The notes under the pieces were generated by a model that was not told the DNA's origin, searched no databases, and saw only the letters and a list, made by a program, of their open reading frames with translations. Below, piece by piece: positions 1 through 11,563 of a DNA stretch of 64,000 bases; position 1 is the stretch's first letter, and each line of letters opens with the position of its first letter. The translations under genes and the position numbers were made by a program. The stretch spans positions 372,001-436,000 of the forward strand of contig OZ316899.1 in NCBI GenBank assembly GCA_973895155.1, in the 5' to 3' direction. Origin of the DNA: Marsupella aquatica (lineage: Eukaryota > Plantae > Marchantiophyta).

Positions 1-215
1 TTGAGTCCACCCCAAGCACATCTACTGTCGGGGATGAGGAAACGCACGAACAACTCGTCGAGACGGAGGACACGGCTCCAGCTAAGCAGGGAGCCGAGGC
101 TGCTTCTACCGTTGCAGAGCCTCGTGACCACGAACCAGCCCAACAACCACCCGAGGCCGAAAACTCGAGACCGAGGCATAAGAAACGAGTCTCATGGGAT
201 CCGTCCATTCCGCAA

Positions 216-3200
216 TTGGAGGAAGAAACTCCAATCCCGAGACCAATCCCGGTTCCACCCATGTACGGAGGAGTTCGGCTAGCTGAGCTTGATGCGAGCC
301 TGGACCCGAGCCTGCGAAACCAGGTTGAAGTCATCAGGAAGGAGCACTACCGAAAGTACACCATTGGGATGGACAAATCTTTTAACCTGGGCCACGCTCT
401 GACAGGGGAGGCTGAAAAATCCATCCAAGCTTTGCTCAAGGAATATGAAGATGTGTTTGCATGGAGTCATCATGATTTAACAGGCGTCTCCCCCGAGTTG
501 GGAGAACACACGATCGATCTGAACCTAGGAGCCCATGCGGTACGGCAGCGACAACGTCGCATGAACCCGAGGTACTCCATCTTAGTGAAGGAGGAAATTG
601 ATCGTCTCCTCACCGCCGATATCATCTACCCAGTAATGGCCAGCGACTGGGTCTCTCCCATTGTCATTGTACCAAAGAAGGGAGGTACGGATGGGAAACC
701 TAAGATTCGTATTTGTCAGGACTACCGTAAGCTGAACGACGCAACCCGAAAAGACCATTACCCATTACCATTCACGGATATGGTTCTAGATATGGTAGCC
801 TGAAATGAAATCTATACATTTCTTGACGGGTATTCAGGTTATAACCAAATCTGGATTCGCCTCACGGATCAGCTCAAAACAACTTTCACTACGGAGTGGG
901 GGACTTTTGCATTTCGGAGGATGCCTTTCGGTCTGTGTAATGCCCCGGCCATGTTTCAGCGCCTGATGATGAATATCTTCCACGATTTCCTACGGGAATT
1001 TCTGGAGATATTTATCGATGACTTTGCCATCTTCGGAACCGTTGCCATGCACCCCGAACACCTAAGACGAATGTTGCAACGATGCCGAGATGTTAACCTC
1101 AAACTACATCCCGCCAAATGCTTCTTCGGGGTAGAGGAGGGGGTGTTACTCGGGCATCGTGTGTCCAAACGGGGCATTGAGGTGGACCAAGAGAAAGTTG
1201 CGGCCTGGATGGTAGTGGTGTTCCCCGTGGATCAAAAAGCAGTACGATCCTTCTTGGGCTGCGTAGGGTATTACCGTCGGTCCATTAAAGATTTTGCTAA
1301 AATAGCTTTGCCCCTAACAGAGATGATGAAAAAGGATGCGGTGATCGAGGAGACCCCAAGGAGACGGGTTGCTTTCAAAGAACTCCGTAAAAGACTCACC
1401 ACCGCACCTATCATGGTCACTCCAGACTGGAACAAGGAGTTCCACGTGTATGTCGACGTGTCAGGCTTCTGTATCGGGTCTGTGCTTAGTCAGCTTGATA
1501 CAGACGGACGCGATCACCCCATCTACTTCGCTAGCCGTCAATTATTCACAACCGAAAAAAATTATTCCCCCATGGATCGAGAGGCACTGGGCATAATCTA
1601 CTCATGTAAGAAGTTCCGGCACTATCTGCTCGGCTACAAGGTCATCTTCCACACGAATCATGACAGCCTGAAGTACATGGTCAACAAAGCAGACGTAACG
1701 GGACGGATAGCCCGTTGGGTGCTACTTCTCCAGGAATTTAACTACGAAGTTTGGGTTCGGCCAGGAAAGGCACACCTCAATGTCGACTTCTTTTCATGGT
1801 TGGACGGCGTACCAGTCGATCAGCCAATTGATGATATTTTTCCGGATGAGGAGTTGTTCCACGTAGGGGAGGGGACACCAACGTGGTACGGCTCGATAAT
1901 CACCTTCCTTTTAACAGGCCGCATCCCTGACGGCATCAATCAGGAGGCCGCCGCTGTGTTTTTACGGAAAGCCGGGCCTTACGTCATGATACAGGGTCAC
2001 CTACATAAGGAAGGTATTAATGGAAAGTTACGACGCTGCTTAGAGTATAAGGAGACGCTTATCGTGATGCGGGCCCTGCATGAAGAAGAAGCTGGAGGCC
2101 ATTTCGCGGCGGTCACGACAGCCTGAAAGATTCTGCACTCGGGGTATTGGTGGCCTACGTTGCATTGGGATGTACAGCGCTTCATTAAGGGCTGTGACTT
2201 GTGTCAGCGAGCTGGGGCCCCGAGGCGGGCTCATCATCACCCGCTCACATCTGTGCTTCCATTGGCACCATTCGAAAAATGGGGAATTGATTATATCGGG
2301 ACGTTTACTCCCGTTACCCGAAGGCGAAGATGCAGGTACATCCTATTAGCTATTGATTACTCCACCAAATGGGTCGAAGCGCGGGCTACGGTAAAGGACG
2401 ATGCCGCAACCAGTGCCAGATTCTTATACGAACAGATTTTCACCCGATTCGGCCCGCCCTTAGAATTGGTAAGCGACCGTGGAACCCACTTCCTCAATGA
2501 CACCGTAGCCCAGCTTACGGAGCGTTACCTAGTCAAGCACCGCAAGACTACCCCGTATCATCCTAAAGCCAACGGGATGGCGGAGAGAGCAAATGGTATC
2601 ATTGGGAAGATCCTCAACAACTGTAGCTGCGCACAAAACGGATTGGGATGATAAGTTGTACGCAGCGGTGTACTCGTATAATCTCGCTTACAAAACTACT
2701 ACGAGTCACAGCCCATACTTTCTCGTGTTCGGCCAACATTCGTTGGTGCCCGTCGAGTTTGAAGTACACACTCCACGAATCAGCATTCGGGATCGCTTAC
2801 CTGAATCTGAAAGTTCGTCAGACCGAGCTTATCAGATTGAAGCCTTGGAAGAAGCACGGCTACTAGCAGCTCGACACGCCATGAAGAAACAGGCAACTTC
2901 GAAGAAGCAGCACGACAAAGGACTACGGAGGGTCGACGTCGTGGCAGGCGATCTAGTCCTCCTGTACGATAGTAGGTACATGCAGTTTCCAGGGAAGCTT
3001 CATACCCGGTGGTTAGGGCCCTTCCTTGTCAATCAGATCTACCATAACAGATCTTTGGAGCTTGCGACATATGCCGGCAATTTACTCCCCACGCGAATCA
3101 GCTACGATCGTGTAAAAAAGTACCACCATCAAGATGACGACGCCGAGAGTGATGTTCGCGAGGATGCTTCACAATTAAGCAGTGAGCTATGTGACGCCGC

Positions 3201-3222
3201 CGGTACGGCGGTTAATGAGTGA
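216..3222 (+). pseudogene. Gypsy pol (RT, RNase H, integrase), disrupted
   Basis: WVSPIVIVPKK, CQDYRKLN, FLDGYSGYNQI (read through TGA 801), MPFGLCNAP, FIDD, YVDVSG...FASR, GGHFA, WGIDYIG, VSDRGTHF, NGMAER, GKLHTRWLGPF. ORFs 216, 921 and 2160 share a frame (in-frame TGA at 801 and 2124); frameshift near 2630. Confidence 0.95.
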
Positions 3223-3655
3223 TTCGGTCTAACTGCGCTCGGCACGCGCGTTAGGAGTATCTTAGGCCGCTATTATTAGCATAACGACAATATTTAGGTA
3301 ATCATTATGGGTAGGATATCATTAGGCAATAAGGGGGAATTCAGGTTCGGACTGGCGGCTGGTCGCTATTCGCACACCCGGGTTACGAGCGTGGAGGGGC
3401 CCCTCCCTCGGGTCCGTATAACGAACTTAAGGAAGCGGCCTCTGACACGCGCTGACTCAGACCGGCGGAGTGGCCGGCACACCACAAGCGTGAGCGGTTC
3501 AGCCTATGGGCGTCGAGGGGACGTCGGGGGATCAACAAGCCCTCAAGGTATAAAAGGGGAGCAACCCTTTGTAGTGCACCAGTCCATCAGCCCACGCGCC
3601 AGCTTCGACCCTAGCTCTCTCGTTCGCTCTAAGTCGCCACTACTATCTCCTCTGA

Positions 3656-6297
3656 ATGTCGCACACGATCCTCTCCAGCTCGGCCATTCGATTCTGGACG
3701 CAGTTCCTATCTACCGGAAGGCACTTGGCCGACTCATTGAAACACGCCAACCCGTGCCGATACGAAATCGAACGCGAGTACGAGAGAGTCATCCGCCTAG
3801 CAGGACGACACCACTACATCCTTAACTTTGACTACCCGTCTCAGAGCGAGCTTTATCGACCAGCAGAGGTATCCGGGTACTTCTTCAACGGAGACAAATA
3901 TATCGGGTTCTAGGAAGCATTGCTTCGGCTTCCGGACGAGGTCTTCAATATCCCGGGTATGATCGACTTGCAATGACATCACTTTGACCACATTCCTGCT
4001 CAGGTTCGGGCTATCATCAACAGCGAGTCCAGCACTACCCGTTCGACAAGGTCGTCTGCACTCGCTTCGGAGAACTTCTACCAGCACCTATAGAGCTTCA
4101 TAGGAACTCGGCCAGCAACCAACATGACCAACTCAGTCGTACCCGTACTCGTACCCGTACCCATACAACCTCAAGCTCAGCTTCAGCTTCAGCCTCAGCC
4201 GTAGCCTAGCCAAACCCCACCACCGATCGCCCAGCCAGCACAAGTACGCTCCGTCATCAACGCTGTGGATCTTAGCGATGACAACAAGACTACCCTACCC
4301 TTGACCAGGCGGCCCAGAGGAACAAGCGCTCAGGGGGCCGACACTATATCGTGCCCACCCCCTGCTCTGATCCTAGGAGCGGCCCCGGCAGACAACATGG
4401 TGACCGTGGCCGACCCGGGCCCGTTACTAACGGCAGTGGCACTACCCAGGCCCGATCGGGAGGATGGGGAGGTGTCACCTTCCCCGAGCCAGTCATGGGG
4501 GAAGAAGAGGAAGGAATCCGCCACTGCATCCGGGTTACCGTTGGCCACGGTAGCCGTGGCCAAGGTGACGATGCACCGCATGGGGGAAAACGTTCACAAA
4601 AACATCCTCCATCCCAAGCATGCGGTGTACCTGAAGACTCAGGGATTCGAGCACCTCGCCTCCCTCCCCTGGAACACTTGCAGGTACTACGGGGAGGACA
4701 TGACGGAGTTCGTCAGGAATTATGACGACGCGCGTCAACATACTCGGCTACGGGGAAGGAGTATGTCCCTCACGGAAGAACGGCTCAGGATGATCTTCGG
4801 GTTACCCGAAGGTGACCATCGAGTCGAATCACGGGCTCCCGGGGGCAAGGGAGCCAAGTACCAATCTTCAAGTTTTCCCTCAGAGGGAGTAGTGGACAAC
4901 GGGTTCGTGATGAAGACCTGCCTCATCCCCGAGATAGCTGAGCGACTGGAGTTCCAGAGGTACGCCCTCCACATGATGGAACCCCGGGGGGAGATCTCCG
5001 CCGCCCAGGTTATCCAGGTCGAGAACTATCGACCTAGGAGGTGGGCGTCGTACTTCGCTAAGAAATTCCATGAAGAGATGGAGCGGCGAAGGAAGACGCT
5101 GTACATTGGCGGGAAGGCGTATTTCGCTAGCCACATCGAGATCATTCTTGAGTGGTACGCCCGGTTTGATCGACGAACCCTTCCCCGTGTCAACGTTACA
5201 AAGCTGGTCCCAGCTAGGTGGGTTTTCCCGGCCTTGGAGAGACGGCCCCAACCCGAGGCCCAAAGTCCAGCGGACACGCCAGCTTCACCCACCCCACCTC
5301 CACAAGTAGCTGTAGTCGTAACCAAAGAGGTACCGGATGGGTCGGTCGTTGCAACCGTTGATGCGACCCAACAAGTCGGGCTAAGTACAGAAGTCGGTAC
5401 GACGGAGGTCTTACCCGAGCCAGGGTCTCCCAAAGACCCACCGGTGGCTATTCCGGAGAACCGGACATTGCTGCAGGAGGACACTCCAGCCCCTTCCAAC
5501 GTTACGTCCCCAGGGCTGGACGTCACTGCCCCGGCCCCCGCGCATGTTGATGTCTGCCGTGCCCAACTCCGGACAGGCACAACCTGGACCACCCGGAACT
5601 CTTCGTACCGGGTACATTTCTGAACGGGCTTCTGGGAGATTTCTCTCATCAAATTGCCCGGGATACCGGGGAGTTCATGGCCCGGAAGGTAGCCTGTTTC
5701 TTCAATCAGGAGTTGGTTGCCGTAGTAAAGGCAGGTCGGGCCCAGTCAGAGGCCCTTCAGAGGATAGAGCGGTACCGGGTGGAGTCCGTGTACCTAAAGA
5801 ATGAAGTTGCGGCTCAAGAGGCTGAGCTTCTGCAACTACGACCCAAGGTTGCAGCCGCCGATGAGTTGTTAGCAAAGGCGCACGCTCTTACCGCCCTAGC
5901 CGAACAGGCCAAAGCTGGGAACGAGGCCGAGATTACACGACTCCGGAACCAGATTGACAGTTTGAAGAATCAAACTGTCACCTGGCAGAAAGACCTGGAG
6001 GAGGCCGAGGAACGGGCCCAACGGGACACGGCGGAGATAGCCACGCTGCAGGCCGAGGTGGCGCGGCTCCAAACCGAGGCCGAGAAGCAGGACCAGCTGG
6101 CGGGTAAACTGACAAGTGACGCCCAGCAGCTGGAGGAGGCTTGTCAAGAGGCAGCAGAGGAGACGGACGCGGCGAGGCGAGAGAACGAATCTCTGTTGGA
6201 CCAGGTCCAGCTCCTCAAGGCGGACAATGACAGGCTTCAAAGGCAGCGGGATGGCCGCTCCCATTCGGGCGGCTCTGGCAAGCGTGCCAGGCATTAG
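3656..6297 (+). pseudogene. Extra 3' ORF of the gypsy element (plant-transposon-protein-like domain plus C-terminal coiled coil), disrupted
   Basis: TATAAAAG at ~3550. ATG 3656 is in frame with ORF 4265-5623 across several TAG/TGA stops, then a frameshift near 5570 joins the coiled-coil ORF ending at 6297. The motif EFVRNYD...LRGRSMSLTEERLRMIFGLP resembles extra-ORF proteins of Athila/Tat-type elements (family call by eye). Confidence 0.65.
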
Positions 6298-7839
6298 CAG
6301 CGGAGTAGGAATAGATTAGGATTAGGACTAGCTTAGTCAGGCTCTTGGGACAGGCACCTGCCTTAGGTACAGCAGCGCTGCCGTGCTGTCCAGCCTGCAT
6401 AGATTAGGATCTTCTAATAAGACACAGCCGTTTTCTGGCCTGACTGTCAGCTTAGTTAGGACCTTAGTCAGTGAATCTTCGGCGAGAGGACACCCGGTCC
6501 CTCGTCCCTTAGTATTTAGTGCACCCCTCGGTAGAGGCAGGGGGGGTTTTTAGTTGCAGAGTTGGGCGTCCGCGGTATGTGCGGGGAGTCCCGACCTCTG
6601 GGAATGAAAGAGTACCAAGGGGAGGGGGTAGGACTAAGCTCGTCGGGCGAGTGCGGAGCCGGGCTCTGTTGTAGTGTGCACCCTCGGCCTTGAACCTGTT
6701 CATTCCGGGGCTGTCGGGTCAACTAAGTGTACGCATATGTTCCCTTTGTAGTAAAATCCTTTCCCATCATTTTCCTTCGTGTAAATCAAGATTGTATGCA
6801 TGTGCGCGTGTATGTGTGTGGGTTTCTCGTATATGGGTGGCAGCGCCAGGCCAAGCGCACTACCCGAGACGTGCACAGGGTGCAGCCTGCGGGTAAGTGG
6901 TTGCGAGCACGGGTTGAGGACCTGTATCATCGAATCCGGATCGAAGGCGGACAACACGAAGGCTTAGAAGCCCTTAAGCCGGGGTCGATCCTGCTATCGA
7001 CTAAGGTACGTTCCGGCGGCGGAACACAAACCATACCTAGGAGGTGTCCGTATTTAGCAGTATGCGCACTTAGCGCTAGTTTACGAGAATAAGGTGCATT
7101 ACGTGCTTCCCTTCCTGCCCGAACCCTCAGATTTACGAGGGATGTGCCCGTCTAAGCTGAAGTCTGAGTTAAGGCCGCAGCCGATGACGTGACACCTAGC
7201 CAGGTGGATCAGTGTATTATGGTTCCAATGCACACTATGAGAGGATGGTCCATCGTCATTCCCATCTTCCCACGACGGAGGAAGGGTTTGATGGCATCAG
7301 TAATTGTAGATGATATGGATCCATGACCATAAATGTATTCAATGCATGTATATATTTGTTATGGCCACCTTCATGTGGGTTTGTAGCATCTGTGGGTAAC
7401 GTCGTTGTATGACTATTACGTCTGGTAGACCAATGTATCTTCAAACTACGTCGTACCAGGTAGACTTTAATTAAAATTAACGTGGTTTAATTGAGCCTTC
7501 AACGATGGTAATTTACCCACAACCGAGTTTGCGGTACTCCACACGACGTTGATTCTCCACATAAAACAACGTTACACTAACTTACGTCATTTTAGGGTGT
7601 ATTAAACCAAAGACGTCGTGTATTGCAAGGTTACTATATCCGCGCGACGTTAATGACAGTGGTGACATTAATTGGCACATGCATTCAAAATGAAAAACAT
7701 GAGGGAGTCTTTATTCAGATTCAGTATGATATAGAGATACAAAGGTCCTACAAAGCACATTGCATGTCCACCACAAAGCGACTATAACCTAGCCAAATCA
7801 CTAAACTGCCTCATCCACTGACATCCAGATTGTTGCTAC

Positions 7840-8400
7840 TTAAGGAGTTCCTTGACCAGACCAGTAGTACTCCTCACCTGCCTTCCTTGTTTTGTAAGAA
7901 TCACGCCTCTGCCTCTGGTTCCATTTCTTCCAGACGACCTCTTCCCCAGCCTTTAGCCTTTCAGCCTCAACCTCAACTGCACAACTTTCCTTATAATCAT
8001 ACAAGACAATGTGAAGCTCAGTCGGAGACAGCTCACATTTGGGCAATGTAGGTGGATCTGCCTCCCCATCATCTGGGTTGGGCGCCTCATCCAACATCTG
8101 ATCATCACCTGGATGCAGCAGGAAGTCTCCTGGATCCAACTGTTTGTTGGCCAGAATTGAGCACTCTACCCAACTGATAGAAATGAAATGAACCGTCTCT
8201 GCAAAGTGCTTGATCAATCCATGGTAGTCACTGAAGTACTCAACAACTTCTTTCCACGTATAGGCCAACAAGTAGTCTGTTTCCGAGGTACACAACTTCT
8301 CAATAACGCCTCCCCGACAAAAGAACCCACGTATAGTCTTGTCCTCTTCACCAAGTGGACGGAAGCAACAATGCACATCCTTGAAGAACTTGCGCACCAT
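7840..8400 (-). other. Orphan ORF (186 aa), possibly part of a degenerate DNA transposon gene
   Basis: Open frame with natural-looking acidic and basic segments, flanked on both sides by ACGT-motif clusters; no recognised domain. Confidence 0.25.
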
Positions 8401-10730
8401 GACTGAAGACTGAGTCTATCGTCTATCCCACGCTACAATTTCTTTGTACTCAGGAAGAGTGCATTCTCCAAAAATCACAAACGCAAGCCTACTTTGGTCT
8501 CAGCACTCTTAAACCAAAATCCTCCCGTAGAAAACCCAAGCTATACTTGAGTCAGCATGGACTACTCCTCATTCAAGTCGTCCACACCAATGTACTCAAT
8601 GTCTAACATGGCTTGATTCATTTGGAACGTCCTACAGAGCAACGTTACCTCTTTAACGGCTGCCTCCACGATGTAAACATTGACGTCGTGATACCCTACA
8701 CACATTACGTCCTCGACTACGACGTTAATATTGAACGACAACCAAAATGACGTTTAGGAAAGCTCATCCGGAGACATTACTTTTAAACGTGTTTCCAACG
8801 ACGTTAAAATGGGGGCAATCGGCGCTTAGATTTCTCCGACGTCTTAGTTACGTCGGACGTAGTTATAAATGTAGTCATGGCAATCGTTAATTATATTAAC
8901 AACAATTATGAGGAGGTATTGTTAGCATCCAACGCAACAAAATCTAGTAGTGGCATGACCACCTGAGGAGTGTGACCCTCCAACTTGACCACTGAATTCC
9001 TATTGTCAACAATGGCAATGGTGGTGGAAACTGAAGTCCTGTCACTAGGCACCACTCTCGAGAAATGATAAGGTACCTTGTGAAGGGAGTTAGTGTCCAC
9101 GGTGTTGCAAGAACTTAAAGTTAGGGGCTCCTTGGGCAAACTGCGCATTTCAGGCTGCGATTGGGACAGGCGACAAGCACTTTTCGGAGTGAACTCTCAC
9201 TCCTTTATATTTTTTACTTTTCTCACAAAGGTTACAATAGGTGCCCTCGAGTAAGCTTGCCCGCAAGAGTCTGGTAGCTGGCCCTACGGCGGGCCGCTAC
9301 CTCTAACTTGTCGAGTAGAACTCCTTGAGTGACTAACCACTCAAAATATGACGGAAAAACTATCCTCCTTAGCTCACAAAACCAAAACTCGACTAGCTAC
9401 TCCACTAGTCTAAAACAACTCACACAAAACTCGGGCCTGGACCAACAAGGCTTCAAACTCAAGAAATCCCCGCCTGGATCGACAAGGCTCCAAACTTGAG
9501 AAATCCCCGCCTGGATTGAAAACTCCACACCTGGATCCAACACTTGCCCAAAACTCCAAAACCGTCGCACAACAGTCAAGTTCCGCAGAACGAAGCGGAA
9601 CTCACAAAATGCAACTCAATAGATCTCAATAGACAACCGCCAACCTCAATGAGCCAAGGCTCAAGTCTTAAGTAGCATTGGAAACCCAACCATCCAGCCT
9701 GAGCCAACTGCCATCAGCGAGACTCATCCAAACTCCAAGCCTGGTGACTCACCCAAACACCAAACCTGGTGACGACGAGTCACCCAGTCACCAAACCTCA
9801 ATCCATCCAACCAAACAGCCCCTCCGAGTCAGCATGCACGCAACCCAACCGGGAGGCCTCGCCCATCATCCCCTATAAAAACCATTCCTGAGCCAAAATC
9901 TTTCGGCACGACAACGGTCTTTCCACTCAACAACATAGCCAGAAAAGATGGAGCAGCATGACCAGAATCAAGTGTAGCTCTGGTCACATAATCAGCAGCA
10001 ATCGGTACTGGGGCAGCCAAACCAGTGGAAACATGTAATGGAGAAGAAGAAGGTCCAGTATGTACATGAGATTGGACCTCCAAAACCGGTGTCACAGGGG
10101 CTGATGAAGAATGCAATGAGCCCTCTAGCGCTCTGATGACAGCTCTAGCATCCAGCTGTAAATCATGGCAACTAAAAAGTGGAGTTGTAAGAATCTATTG
10201 TGCCATAATGGAGGTAAAATGCTCAGGCAACTCAGGAGAAACAACTCCTTCTGAAATGTCAGCAACACCTGGTGGTGGAATGGATGTAGTTACAGCTCCC
10301 TCCCCCCTTGCCAACAAGGTGCATTCTTCAGCAAGTGTGAGTGGCTGAAAATATTGGGGTATGACAGCCCGAGCTCCCCTGGCTCTAGTCATAGGACCAG
10401 CAGCAAGACCATCAGCCTGTACAATGCGGCGTGTGGGAGCAGTACGAGAGGCAGCACTGGCCTGTTGGTAAGCAAAATAGGAAGGGCATAATGAATCTAA
10501 AAATTCTGTTGTAAGGCCAGGCTGTGTAGCAGAGGATAGCACACACTCATCCATATGAGCATCAAATGGCAAGCCATAGAAAGAGCGGGGCAGAGGTGCT
10601 GAACTGTCAGTGGTGCCTGGACCAGGGATGGGTTGCACGTGACCAGCAGGTTGAGAAGGACCAGCAGAGGCAGGTGACTTGCCTTTGATGTTGGCAAGTT
10701 GGGCACGTAAGGGCTCAACCTCATGAGTCA

Positions 10731-11555
10731 AATATTGGAGTTGAGTTGTCTGTGCATTGTGAGCCTCCTTCTAAGCTGGTTGCTTCTGTGGCTGCTTGGG
10801 CGGTTTGTTGGTACCAGGTGCTTTGCCACTGGAAGGAGGAGCAACTGAGGCAATAGGAGCCCTCCTAGCTGGTGGGGGAGTGGAAGCAGGAGCAGGATGA
10901 GGGGTCTGCTGTCGTAGCTGCTTCCTCTTTGGGAATTTGGCAAAACAAACTACCTCCAAGTGACCCACTTTCCCGCAAAAATCACAAGATAGGTCCTCAA
11001 CAACAATATCACATTCATTAGCTTTGTGATTAGGGTTACCACAGTAGTTGCAAGATGGCAGCATGAAAGCAACATGTGCTGACTTGGTCTTGGAACCATA
11101 CTGTGGCACACGGGAAGGAGTGGCCAGTGTAGGGGCAGCAGCCTGGTACCTGGATCGCGGTGGACACGCAATACTGGCCTCATAATGTGCATGGGCCAAC
11201 TCAAGTTTCTCAGCAGTGTCATAGACATTGAGCAATGCGTAGCTGTCTCCAAACTCTGAGAATACTTGCTGCAACACTTGCGACTGGAGAGCTGGTGTGC
11301 CCTCTAATGCACGAAGATAGCGATGAGTAGCCTCTAGGTCAGTGATGCTCTGGGTGCCCTCCTTCAGCTTGAGAAGCCGGCGATACATCATCTTCAATGT
11401 TTCATCGCGCTGTCTCACAAAGGTGGCCAACTGCATGATTTTGTCAGCACTCTTGATTGGGAATTCCAATTCAAGAACCTAGAAAAACTCAGCCACTGGA
11501 TCAACAAAGGCAGGGGAATCAATGGTGGGAGATGTCGTGGTAGGGTAACTCACGG
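10731..11555 (-). pseudogene. gag C-terminal part with two CCHC zinc knuckles
   Basis: CNYCGNPNHKANEC and CDFCGKVGHLEVVC; in-frame TAG at 11479-11481. Confidence 0.8.
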
Positions 11556-11563
11556 GTAGCACA

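Larger units (their letters stand above)
1..7194 (+). mobile_element. Ty3/gypsy LTR retrotransposon (non-chromovirus, Athila/Phygy-like), 5' part outside the window; pol plus an extra 3' ORF
   Basis: RT-RNaseH-integrase order in ORFs 216-3222, second long ORF 3656-6297, then a non-coding region ending in ...GACGTGACA at 7194. The right boundary and lineage are inferred; no second LTR is available for comparison. Confidence 0.85.

Noticed and set aside
6500-7194. Exact 3' LTR and PPT of the first gypsy element
   Set aside because: There are several G-rich PPT candidates (~6533 and ~6617) and no 5' LTR in the window, so the start cannot be fixed.
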